From Blastocatellia bacterium (GTDB taxonomy: Bacteria > Acidobacteriota > Blastocatellia > UBA7656), in contig CAVXWP010000001.1 in NCBI GenBank assembly GCA_963765495.1, positions 160,001-224,000 on the forward strand: 64,000 bases of DNA, read 5' to 3'. The position numbers and the translations under genes were made by a program. Shown one piece after another: positions 48,232 through 57,703 of this stretch (the stretch's first letter is position 1; each line of letters starts with the position of its first letter). The notes under the pieces were generated by a model. That model worked only from the letters and a program-made list of their open reading frames with translations, made no database searches and had not been told where the DNA came from.

Positions 48232-48726
48232 TTATACTTCTTTTCCGAAATCCTGTATCTTTCGGTGCGCGGCTATCTTTAAGGCGCGTTCTATCAACCT
48301 TCTTTGATCCCGACTCAAATCCTTTGGCAACTCGTCGGGCATAAACCAAGCGAAAGTCTCTATTTCATTGCTTTGGGGACGGGCCTCCCCCGCCGGACGG
48401 CAGAGAAAAACGATCTCTATCTGATTGACTCGCTCAAGTGAGCGCACAAAAGCCAGTTCCGCGCTCTCAATCTCCATCCCTATTTCTTCTTTTAGCTCAC
48501 GCCGGAGGGCCTGTTCGGGCTGCTCTCCGCCGGTCATGAATCCGCCGGGGATGCCCCAGCCGCTGCCCATGCGAAATACGTGTTTCAGCAAGAGTAAGCG
48601 GTCATTATGATCCAGAATTACGCCCGCTGCCGTCACCGTAAATCGCGCCTGAGAAAAGAGTACGGCCCATCGTCTTATCTGCCTCGGCGCGCTTTGCCAT
48701 ACGGCCCTGAACACTTTTCGCAACAT
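48232..48726 (-). CDS. NUDIX hydrolase
   Basis: PGGFMTGGEQPEQALRRELKEEIG Nudix box. Confidence 0.92.
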   Translation of the reverse strand: MLRKVFRAVWQSAPRQIRRWAVLFSQARFTVTAAGVILDHNDRLLLLKHVFRMGSGWGIPGGFMTGGEQPEQALRRELKEEIGMEIESAELAFVRSLERVNQIEIVFLCRPAGEARPQSNEIETFAWFMPDELPKDLSRDQRRLIERALKIAAHRKIQDFGKEV

Positions 48727-49008
48727 TAGCAGATCCTGTCCATACTCAGATTCGGGCTGACGGCAACCCTGCGCGCTCTACACGATAAAGAAATCTCCAT
48801 GCTCAAAAAGCGCGTCTATAAGCGCCACTCCCGCGATCCACAAAATGAGCCTTTAAGTAACACTTGCACATCTCATGCCTGGCCTGACAGCCCGCTCAAG
48901 CTAGAGTAACAGGGAAGCGGAACACGGTCCAACTATAGCGATGATCAATGCGGGCAATTAACAAATGCCCGCCAAATAAAACAAACTTTCGCGGGGCTGA
49001 ATGCGAAC

Positions 49009-49037
49009 TTGACACGACTTTGAATATGAAGTAGGAT
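49009..49037 (+). promoter_or_regulatory. Sigma70-type promoter of the EPS-locus leader
   Basis: TTGACA-17nt-TAGGAT. Confidence 0.55.
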
Positions 49038-49382
49038 GCGGTTGCTCCTCACAATAAGATCAATAAATACAAGAAAAAGCGGAACAGGTCTTGCACCTGA
49101 CTTTAGCCTCGATGATGGTTGTTTTTTCATAAGTGGGTTGCCCCTCTGTAGTACGACTAAACGCTGAAGGCTATCAATACCGGAGCTTGCATCCGGCATA
49201 GGGACGGCGTGGTCTGGCTGATCGAGTGGTTTTCTTCTTAGCAGATCAGCCTTCTGTACAAATCTGGAACGGCCCCGGAGGCGGAAAGCAAAGCAAACCC
49301 GCCCGTGAATAGTTGTGTGTCTGTGTAGCCCCCGAAGTCCTCACGCCCCAATTCAATCGAATAATCTTTGGGAAAGGACGCT

Positions 49383-52076
49383 ATGAGGAGATATCTCTGG
49401 ATCATTTCTTTGATTGCAATAATTCTATGTCCGGGTAAGCAATACCCGGGCAAAATGCTGCTCTTGACCCTGAACGATTCTGTTCAGGCCCAGGCTTCTA
49501 CAGAACCTGAGCCGCCTCGTGTCTGGCTCAACACCGCTTACACGCCGCCTGCCGGAAATACGATCAATGTTCAGGCCGGGGGCAATCTTCAAGCCGCGCT
49601 CGATCAGGCGCAACCCGGCGATCAGATCGTGCTTCAGGCCGGGGCCTCCTTTACAGGCAATTTCGTGCTGCCCGCAAAGACGGGGTCGAATTGGATCGTG
49701 CTGAGGAGTTCCAATATGGCGGGTATCCCACAGGAAAATGAACGGGTGGTACCCGGTGTCCACGCATCCGCGATGCCCAAAATATTGAGTCCGAACAATT
49801 CCGGCGCTATAACCACCGCCGCTCAATCTCATCATTACAGATTTATCGGCATAGAGTTTGGCCTTGCGTCTTCGGTGGCCGCCAATACGGGCATCATTCG
49901 TCTGGGCGATCCTTACGAAACGCACTTAAACAACGTGTCTCACGACCTGATCATAGACAGGTGTTATATTCACGGCAATCCTTTGGTCAATGCCCGCCGG
50001 GGGGTGGCGCTCAACAGCGCATCGACCGCCATCGTAGACTCATACATATCCGAGATTCACGAAGTCGGGGCCGACTCGCAGGCCGTGTGCGGATGGAATG
50101 GCCCCGGCCCTTACAAGATCGTCAATAATCACCTGGAAGCATCGGGTGAAAACGTGATGTTTGGCGGGGCCGATCCGGCCATTTACGGGCTCATACCCTC
50201 CGACATCGAATTTCGCCGTAATCACTGCTTCAAACCGCTTTCCTGGAAACAGGGCCAGCCGGGGTTTGCGGGCACTGCGTGGTCGGTCAAGAATCTGTGC
50301 GAGCTTAAAAACGCGCAGCGAATCGTGCTGGAGGGCAATCTGTTTGAGAATAATTGGATGGAGTCACAGACCGGCTACGCGATACTGATCAAATCGGTCA
50401 ATCAGGATGGGACAGCGCCCTGGTGCACTACGCAGGATGTTGATTTCAAAAACAACATAGTGCGCCACACCGGATCGGCGGTAAACATTCTGGGCCGCGC
50501 GCAGGACCAGCTCGGCGGGCAGACGAAAAGGGTTCGCATCAAAAACAACCTCTTCGAAGATGTGAGCAGCACGCCCTGGAATGGAGCGGGGGCTTTCCTG
50601 CAAATATCCGATACCCCGGACGTGACCGTAGATCACAACACGGCGATGCAAACCGGAAACATCATCGTAGCCTATGGACCCGCCTCGCCCGGTTTCGTCT
50701 TTATAAACAACGTGATGCCTCATAACACATACGGTGTAAAGGGGGACGGCACTGGCGTAGGCACACCCACAATCGACCAGTACTTTCCCGCGAGCGTGTT
50801 TCGAAGGAATGCGATGGTCGGGGGACAGGGATTTCCGTATCCGGCCGATAATCTCTTTTTTGCAACGCTCGGCGAGATCGGATTCGTGGACCGCGCAAAC
50901 GGCAATTATCGCCTGACCCCAAACAGCCCGTGCCGAAATGCCGGAACCGACGGACAGGATTTAGGCGCAGACATTGATGCCATTGAGGCAGCCATGTCCG
51001 AAAACGGCCCGCCCTCTGGAAACCTGCCGCCGCAGGTGAGCGCTTCGGCTTCTCAGACATCGGGCGCTGCCCCGCTCGGAGTAAGCTTTACAGGAGTCGG
51101 GCAGGACCCCGACGGCTGGATAGCTCAATACGATTGGGATTTCGGAGACGGACAAACCTCAAACATCGCATCGCCCATGCACGTCTATCAAACGCCGGCA
51201 AACTACACGGCGCAGTTGACCGTAAGAGACAACCTCGGCGCGACGGCAAGCGCAACCGTGGGACTCACGGTAAACGGCAATGGAACCATTACGGCTGAAA
51301 ACGTGGTCTGGACCAATTCGGTAGGCTGCGCGGTCACAGGCAACTCACTGCGAAAGACATCAAGCGAGGGCTGGGGAAATTCGGGCGCATCGTCGTCGCA
51401 AAGAATACTTTCAGGCGACGGCTATATGGAATTTACGGCCTCCGAGACCACCCTCGAACGAGTATGCGGTTTGACCGGCAACGATTCGAATCAATACTAC
51501 AACACCATCGCTTACGCCGTTCAACTGAGCACTGGCCGCGCGTTTTATGTCTTCGAAATGGGAGCAAGCCGGGGGTACTTCGGAGACTACAACTCAGGCG
51601 ATGTCTTCCGCATAGCTATCGAATCGGGCGTGGTCAGGTATTACCGCAACGGCGCGGTCTTTTATACGAGCGCGGTCGCGCCTGCATATCCGATGATGGC
51701 CGATGCTTCGCTTGGCGGGACAAATTCGACGATCAGCAACGCGAAGATAGCTTTCATATCGGAGGAGCCGGACCCGACAGCTCCTCCCGTCGTGCGCGTG
51801 CTCACGCCAAACACAAACGAGAATATAAGCGCGGGAGCTACATACTCGATTACCTGGACGGTGACGGGGCCAAAGCTAAGGCGTAACACAATCGAGCTAT
51901 CGCTTGACGGAGGGTCGAGCTGGAGCCTTGTCGCCAAGACCTCGGGCGCGGCCACCAGTTATAACTGGAGAGTTCCGCGCCGTCCAAGCAGCAGGGCGCG
52001 CATTCGCGTCACCGCTCTGGCCGCGAACGGATCGACCGGCGAGGATCAAAGTGATACGACCTTTGTAATTCGCTGA
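49383..52076 (+). CDS. Secreted parallel beta-helix (polysaccharide lyase-like) protein with PKD and C-terminal Ig-like domains
   Basis: LQAALDQAQPGDQIVL, beta-helix repeats, DPDGWIAQYDWDFGDG PKD, LSLDGGSSW. Confidence 0.8.
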   Translation: MRRYLWIISLIAIILCPGKQYPGKMLLLTLNDSVQAQASTEPEPPRVWLNTAYTPPAGNTINVQAGGNLQAALDQAQPGDQIVLQAGASFTGNFVLPAKTGSNWIVLRSSNMAGIPQENERVVPGVHASAMPKILSPNNSGAITTAAQSHHYRFIGIEFGLASSVAANTGIIRLGDPYETHLNNVSHDLIIDRCYIHGNPLVNARRGVALNSASTAIVDSYISEIHEVGADSQAVCGWNGPGPYKIVNNHLEASGENVMFGGADPAIYGLIPSDIEFRRNHCFKPLSWKQGQPGFAGTAWSVKNLCELKNAQRIVLEGNLFENNWMESQTGYAILIKSVNQDGTAPWCTTQDVDFKNNIVRHTGSAVNILGRAQDQLGGQTKRVRIKNNLFEDVSSTPWNGAGAFLQISDTPDVTVDHNTAMQTGNIIVAYGPASPGFVFINNVMPHNTYGVKGDGTGVGTPTIDQYFPASVFRRNAMVGGQGFPYPADNLFFATLGEIGFVDRANGNYRLTPNSPCRNAGTDGQDLGADIDAIEAAMSENGPPSGNLPPQVSASASQTSGAAPLGVSFTGVGQDPDGWIAQYDWDFGDGQTSNIASPMHVYQTPANYTAQLTVRDNLGATASATVGLTVNGNGTITAENVVWTNSVGCAVTGNSLRKTSSEGWGNSGASSSQRILSGDGYMEFTASETTLERVCGLTGNDSNQYYNTIAYAVQLSTGRAFYVFEMGASRGYFGDYNSGDVFRIAIESGVVRYYRNGAVFYTSAVAPAYPMMADASLGGTNSTISNAKIAFISEEPDPTAPPVVRVLTPNTNENISAGATYSITWTVTGPKLRRNTIELSLDGGSSWSLVAKTSGAATSYNWRVPRRPSSRARIRVTALAANGSTGEDQSDTTFVIR

Positions 52077-52084
52077 GATACTTC

Positions 52085-52158
52085 AGACAGGATTGACAGG
52101 ATTAACAGGATTTCCCAATCATCTTCGGAAATCTTTTCTAATCCTGTTAATCCTGTCA
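52085..52158. repeat. Inverted nonamer array (GACAGGATT / AATCCTGTC)
   Basis: gacaggattgacaggattaacaggatt ... aatcctgttaatcctgtc; a related half occurs near 34710. Confidence 0.7.
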
Positions 52159-52519
52159 AAAAAATCGGACTCCCATCACCTGCCTGCCGCTTGCGCCTCG
52201 ATTTATCCGGGCTTTTTTTGCGCTCATAATTTTTTGCAATATTTCCCGAGTTCCGAGTGTTGATAAACATGAGACGCTCACTGAGAGCCAAAGCGGTAAA
52301 TTATAGTGATCGCAACGAACAAGCAAAGGGAAAGGCAATGAACAAGGAAGGCGGGAAACCCACATATATATTTAATCATCCAGCGGGGATTATTCTTTCC
52401 TGCCTCAGGAACGGCGTTCCACTGCCAATTAACAAACTCTCCGTTTAAGCCTGCGGCTTAGGCGTTGAGACAGAAAAAGACCGACGGCTGTTTTGATCGT
52501 TTGATACGAGGATATCTCT

Positions 52520-52855
52520 GTGCCCGGAAAAAATAAGATAAAGACTCTTGCGCTGATTACCTTAACAATATTCTTCTTCTGCATATTCGCAGATCAGGCG
52601 CGTTCGTCCGTTTGCCTTGCCAACACAGCCGCCACCAGATCGGGCGGAGAGGCCGAAACATCAGAATCTCCGCACCAGCTTGCCAGCAATAGAGAATCTC
52701 AGAGTATAGATGCAGGTGAGCGCACCGCTATCGTGATCCCGACGCATGTAGAGCCGCTGCTTCTGCTAATGCTCGGCTCACTACTGTTGTCGGCCGCCTC
52801 GGCCGCAAAGCTCGCGGTCTCGCGCAAGACTAAAAGCAAACCAAATATGCTTTGA
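52520..52855 (+). CDS. Small secreted protein with a PEP-CTERM-like tail
   Basis: Signal peptide; HVEP-LLLLMLGSLLL-...RKTK C-terminus. Confidence 0.55.
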   Translation: MPGKNKIKTLALITLTIFFFCIFADQARSSVCLANTAATRSGGEAETSESPHQLASNRESQSIDAGERTAIVIPTHVEPLLLLMLGSLLLSAASAAKLAVSRKTKSKPNML

Positions 52856-52933
52856 CCCGTTAACCGCGTCCGGCCTCGAAGGCCGGACACCGGATCACAA
52901 TCCAGTTGATCACTTTTGAAGGAGGGCTACGAA

Positions 52934-54505
52934 ATGCCAAGCCTCAGACCTCGAACCCTTTCTGAATACGTTCAGGCGTTCTGGCGGAGAAAGTTGCTGT
53001 TTTTTTTGATGTCAACCGCTATGTTGATTTCAACATTTTTGATTATCAGAAGATTGCCTGACTATTTTCAGTCAAGCGCCTCTGTCGTAGTATCGGGCGA
53101 ACAGCAGGACCGACAGGCGGTCTCTGCCCGGGTGGCTACGATAACCGAACGCATCGACAGCCGTTCGTTTCTCGAATCGCTTATCAAGCGCCATAACCTT
53201 TACCCCGAAGAGATGCGTAATGACGGAGTGGAAGCCGCCATCGCGCGCATGCGCAAGGATATAAAGATCGATACAAAGTATCGCGGCGATGATCCCGAAA
53301 CGTTGACTATCGTATACCGTTACTCGGACCCTGCTACCGCAAAGAATGTGGCGACAGAGATGATCTCCGCGTTTGGCAGGATGAATGATGCCGTCGAGCA
53401 GCAGGTGACCGACGAATCGGGCAAGGTCGCATCTGAAATTTCAGAGATCGAAACCCGCCTCGATCAGCTTGGCCAGCAGCGAGCCGTAGCCGCAGCCCGC
53501 AGTCGCGCAGCCGCCCGCATACAGAGCGTGTCGAGCGAGATTCGCGCTCAACGAATCGCCGCCCGCTCATCGTCCGAGGAACTGAGCAACAAACAATACG
53601 CCCTCCAACAACAGATAGCCCAGCAAAAACAGCAGATTGAGGATCAGGAAAAGATAGTCAAATCCGCGCCTACCGATACGCACGCGGGCGGGTCTTACGG
53701 CGTGCTGCTCGTTCGAAAGGCCGAGATAAACGCTCAACTGAAAGAGTATGCCACGCAATATACGGATCAGAACCCGAAGGTGATCCAGGCCCGCACTCAG
53801 CTTGCCGAAGTCAATCGCCAGATCGAGCAACTGAACGCTTCATCTCAGCAGGGCGCGCCCGTAAGCTCGCCCGAAGCGCGCGAACTTCGAGCCATGCAGC
53901 GAGAACTCGCCCGCATGCAAACCGAACTCGAAGTCACGCGGCGCGAGCTTGAAAACAAGAAACAGACGCTCGACTCGACCCCGGCTGTAAGCGCAGTAAG
54001 CGTGCCTGTGGCATCAACCGGCCCCGCCATAGCAAACATCTCGACCGAAAACGATGTGGAGCGACTGCGGGATCGTTATAACGCATTGCTCAGAAAACAG
54101 GAGTCGCTTCAGAACATGCAGGTCGCGGCAGCGGGACTCGATCCGGGAGTCTTTCAGATCGTGGATTTACCGGCCGAATCGCAGATGGCGTCGGGGCCAA
54201 ATCGCACACGGCTCATTCTTGTCGCGCTGGCGCTCGCTCTTGTAGTGGGGCTTGCGGTGGCCGCCGCCGTAGAGTTTCCGCACCTCCTGCGCATACACGA
54301 TGATCGAGACACCCAGTATTATCTGGGCGCGCCCGTGATTGCGCTTATCCCGGAAACCCTTACCCCGGTCGAGCAGGGCCGCACGCGCCGCCTCGCCTTT
54401 ACGCGCACGCTCGGTCTGTTCCTGCTCAGCGCGGCGCTCGTGCCGTTGCTTGTTTTCCTGCTCGGCCATCTAAAAATCTTTCAGGCTCTTGCAATCCGAT
54501 GGTGA
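52934..54505 (+). CDS. Polysaccharide co-polymerase (Wzc/GumC-like chain length determinant)
   Basis: N-terminal TM, coiled coil, YTDQNPKV, GPNR-TM, YLGAPVIALIP. Confidence 0.88.
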   Translation: MPSLRPRTLSEYVQAFWRRKLLFFLMSTAMLISTFLIIRRLPDYFQSSASVVVSGEQQDRQAVSARVATITERIDSRSFLESLIKRHNLYPEEMRNDGVEAAIARMRKDIKIDTKYRGDDPETLTIVYRYSDPATAKNVATEMISAFGRMNDAVEQQVTDESGKVASEISEIETRLDQLGQQRAVAAARSRAAARIQSVSSEIRAQRIAARSSSEELSNKQYALQQQIAQQKQQIEDQEKIVKSAPTDTHAGGSYGVLLVRKAEINAQLKEYATQYTDQNPKVIQARTQLAEVNRQIEQLNASSQQGAPVSSPEARELRAMQRELARMQTELEVTRRELENKKQTLDSTPAVSAVSVPVASTGPAIANISTENDVERLRDRYNALLRKQESLQNMQVAAAGLDPGVFQIVDLPAESQMASGPNRTRLILVALALALVVGLAVAAAVEFPHLLRIHDDRDTQYYLGAPVIALIPETLTPVEQGRTRRLAFTRTLGLFLLSAALVPLLVFLLGHLKIFQALAIRW

Positions 54506-54570
54506 GGCAAGGACGCGACCCCGCAAGGCAGATTTCATAACGAAGAAATCCTTTAACAAGAGAGAAGACG

Positions 54571-55458
54571 ATGGGAAAAGTATACGAAGCCATAAAGAAA
54601 GCCGAAAGCGAGCAGCCTCCGATGGCGGGGGTCTTCGCCGGAACAGTTCACTCAAACGGTCATCCGACCGATGACGGGATGCTCGAACAGGACGAGTTCG
54701 ATTTCGTCCATTATTCGCTCAATACGCCTTCGGCATCCGAACTGGAAAATCTGCAACGAGAGAGAGAAGCCACCGCCCTGTTGCGCCAGTCTCTGACCGA
54801 ACCCGCCAGCGAGGCGACGATAGACCTGATGAGAATGGATCCTCATCTTGCGGCTTTTTACGATTATGACAGGCGAGCCGTCGAACAATATAACAAGCTT
54901 GCGATAGCCCTGATTTCCGGGGCCGCTTTGCGCCCGATCAAGCGCGTGCTCATAGCCTCGGCCCAGCACGGCGAAGGCCGCACGCTTGTCACGCTCAATC
55001 TGGCCTGCGCCCTTGCCCAGGCCAAACAACGTGTTCTGGTAGTCGATACCGATTTTCATCGCCCCTCCGTGTTGCGGCTGCTTGGGATCGAAACCGAGCT
55101 TGGAATAGCCGAGGCGATTGCGCGAAACCTCAGACCCGGCGCGGCTGCGATTCGCGTCCTGCCTTATGATTTCGTAGTGCTGCCCACACGCGAGCGGGTC
55201 GAAACCCCGGCTGAACTTCTGGCATCAAACGCGCTTCGAGAGATGCTCTACGCCTTCAGTCTCGATTATGACTTTATCCTTCTGGATTCTCCGCCGCTTT
55301 TGACCACGGCGGATTCGAACCTTTTATTGCGGCTCGCCGACGCGACGTTGATGGTAGTCCGGGCGGGAAAGAATACATCCGCGCAGATGGGCAAGGCCAT
55401 CTCTCCGTTGACCGAAGAGAGCCTGTTTGGCGTAGTGCTAAACCGCGCGACCAGATAA
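54571..55458 (+). CDS. CpsD/CapB-type BY-kinase domain protein (degenerate Walker A)
   Basis: SAQHGEGRT, VLVVDTDFHRP, ILLDSPP, GVVLN. Confidence 0.88.
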   Translation: MGKVYEAIKKAESEQPPMAGVFAGTVHSNGHPTDDGMLEQDEFDFVHYSLNTPSASELENLQREREATALLRQSLTEPASEATIDLMRMDPHLAAFYDYDRRAVEQYNKLAIALISGAALRPIKRVLIASAQHGEGRTLVTLNLACALAQAKQRVLVVDTDFHRPSVLRLLGIETELGIAEAIARNLRPGAAAIRVLPYDFVVLPTRERVETPAELLASNALREMLYAFSLDYDFILLDSPPLLTTADSNLLLRLADATLMVVRAGKNTSAQMGKAISPLTEESLFGVVLNRATR

Positions 55459-55502
55459 GCCCGACACGGATGAAAGAAGAACAGGAAAGCAGATAGCCCC
55501 TG

Positions 55503-56885
55503 ATGAAATCGAGAAATCGTTCACGCGCATTATGTATTTTGCTCTTCGAGAGCCTGCTCACCTATCTATGCGGGCTGGGGGCGATCTATATCAGGTTTGC
55601 CTCCGAGGCCAGGGATGCGCTTGTGGGCGAGCGCGGCTGGTTGAAGGTGATACTGCTGATGGTGATCGTTCAAGGCTCTTTTTATGTATTCGACCTTTAC
55701 GATTTCCGGCTGATCCGCCGCCGCATAACGCTCTACATCCGCATATTTCAAGCCATCGGTCTGGCCTCGATTGCGCTGGCCGTGGTCTTTTATTGCGTGC
55801 CGCAGGTGATGCTCGGTCGCGGCGTGTTTCTGGTAAGCCTGCTGCTTATGCTCACGGTTATGGCCTGCTGGCGCGTATTTGCGATGTGGCTTCTGGGCCA
55901 CCCGCGCCTTGCCGAGCGCGTGCTCATACTCGGCACCGAAAAGGGCGCCGTAGACCTTGCCCGTGAAGTGCTTGAACGGCGCGAGGTCGGCTATGAGGTG
56001 GTCGGATTCGTAGGCGATGATCCGAAACTGCTCGGGCAAAGCCTGATAAACCCGAGGGTCATCGGCCTGACTCCCGATCTTGAAGAGATAGTGCGCCGTT
56101 ATCGCCCCGACCGCATAGTTGTGGCGATCAGCCAGCGGCGCGGGCGGCTGCCGCTCGACCCCCTGCTCAGGCTGAAGCTGCGCAGTGATGTCGCGGTCGA
56201 AGACTCGACCTCGTTTTATGAGAGGCTGACGGGCAAGATCAGCACGGAGATGCTCAGGCCAAGCTGGCTGATATTTTCAAACATCTCGCCCGGTCTGCCG
56301 GTCTATAAACGGATACGCCGATTCGTAGATGTAGTGATGGCGCTTTTCGGCTTTATCACTTCGCTGCCGCTGATGGTGCTGACGGTGCTTGCCATAAAGC
56401 TCGATTCGCGCGGCCCCGTCTTCTACACGCAGGAGAGGGTCGGAACACACAACGAGACATTCAAGATCATAAAATTTCGCTCCATGCGCGTCGACGCCGA
56501 AAAGGGCGGACCCGTATGGGCCGATGAGGCTGACCCGCGCGTCACTCGCGTAGGGCGCATCATCAGAAAGCTTCGCATAGATGAACTGCCGCAGTTTGTA
56601 AACGTGATCTGGGGCGACATGAGCTTTATAGGGCCGCGACCGGAGCGCCCCGTCTTTGTAGCCCAGCTTGAACGCGAAATACCATATTACTCGCAGCGCC
56701 ATATGGTGAAGCCTGGGCTGACCGGGTGGGCGCAGATTCGTTACCCGTACGGTGCGTCCGTCGAAGACGCGATTGAGAAGCTACAGTACGACCTCTACTA
56801 CATCAAGAACCAGTCGCCTGTGCTTGATGCAATCATTTTATTTGAGACCGTCAGAATCATCCTCTTCGGAAGAGGAGCCAGATGA
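55503..56885 (+). CDS. Priming sugar transferase (TIGR03013 XrtA/PEP-CTERM-like)
   Basis: KFRSM, RIDELPQ, GDMSFIGPRPERP, KPGLTGWAQ, EKLQYDLYYIKN. Confidence 0.93.
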   Translation: MKSRNRSRALCILLFESLLTYLCGLGAIYIRFASEARDALVGERGWLKVILLMVIVQGSFYVFDLYDFRLIRRRITLYIRIFQAIGLASIALAVVFYCVPQVMLGRGVFLVSLLLMLTVMACWRVFAMWLLGHPRLAERVLILGTEKGAVDLAREVLERREVGYEVVGFVGDDPKLLGQSLINPRVIGLTPDLEEIVRRYRPDRIVVAISQRRGRLPLDPLLRLKLRSDVAVEDSTSFYERLTGKISTEMLRPSWLIFSNISPGLPVYKRIRRFVDVVMALFGFITSLPLMVLTVLAIKLDSRGPVFYTQERVGTHNETFKIIKFRSMRVDAEKGGPVWADEADPRVTRVGRIIRKLRIDELPQFVNVIWGDMSFIGPRPERPVFVAQLEREIPYYSQRHMVKPGLTGWAQIRYPYGASVEDAIEKLQYDLYYIKNQSPVLDAIILFETVRIILFGRGAR

Positions 56886-56895
56886 GAAAGGAGGC

Positions 56896-57679
56896 ATGAC
56901 GATGAAGAGAAGAAGACCATATTTGATGATCGCTGATTTTATGCTGGGGGCGCTCGTTTTCGTTTATTCATTCCCGGCAGTTCGCGCAGACGCAGGCAGC
57001 CGCGCTCGCCAGCGCGAAAGATGATAAGACCGACAGCAAGGCGAGTAGTAAGGCGGCTCAGCCCGAAGACCCGTATTTCACAAACATCTATCGGGATTTT
57101 TATGACAGCTACAAACTCGGTCCCGATGATGAGATCGCCGTTCGCATACTGGGCCAGCCCGATTACTCGCTCGAAAAGGTGGAAGTCTCTCCGGTGGGGC
57201 GCATCTATCATCCGCTGCTTGGCGATGTCGAGGTAGCCGGGCTGAACGTCGAACAGGTGACCGCAAAATTGAGCACGCAGTTGAGCCAGTACATCATAAA
57301 TCCAAAGGTGAGCGTCTCTTTGCTCGAAGCAAAAAGCGCGATGATCGGCGTGATTGGCGATGTCACGCGGCCCGGCATAGTAGTGATGGCGCGGCCCATG
57401 ACGGTGCTTGACGTTCTGTCTACATCGGGCGGCATCACAAGCCTCGGCAGCCAGTCCAATGTCACGGTGCTCAGACAGCTTGGCGGCGGTCGCACAAGCA
57501 CGATGAAGGTCAATGTGAAACGAATAGTCGAAGGCAAGGCCAACGCGGAAGAGAACATCTCCTTGCAGGCAGGCGATACCGTGATCGTACACGGCAACAA
57601 GATGAAGAAAATCGCCTCCATCACATCACTTCTGGGATTCGGGCAATTCGTCGGTTTTATCGCGGGCGTGGGCAGATAG
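56896..57679 (+). pseudogene. Polysaccharide export protein (Wza-like), frameshifted near 56985
   Basis: Signal-peptide frame stops at 57024; the other frame has YKLGPDDEI...NPKVSV...GDV.RPG...LQAGDTVIV. Confidence 0.75.
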
Positions 57680-57703
57680 AGCGAAAACGAGGAGGGAGTG
57701 CAA

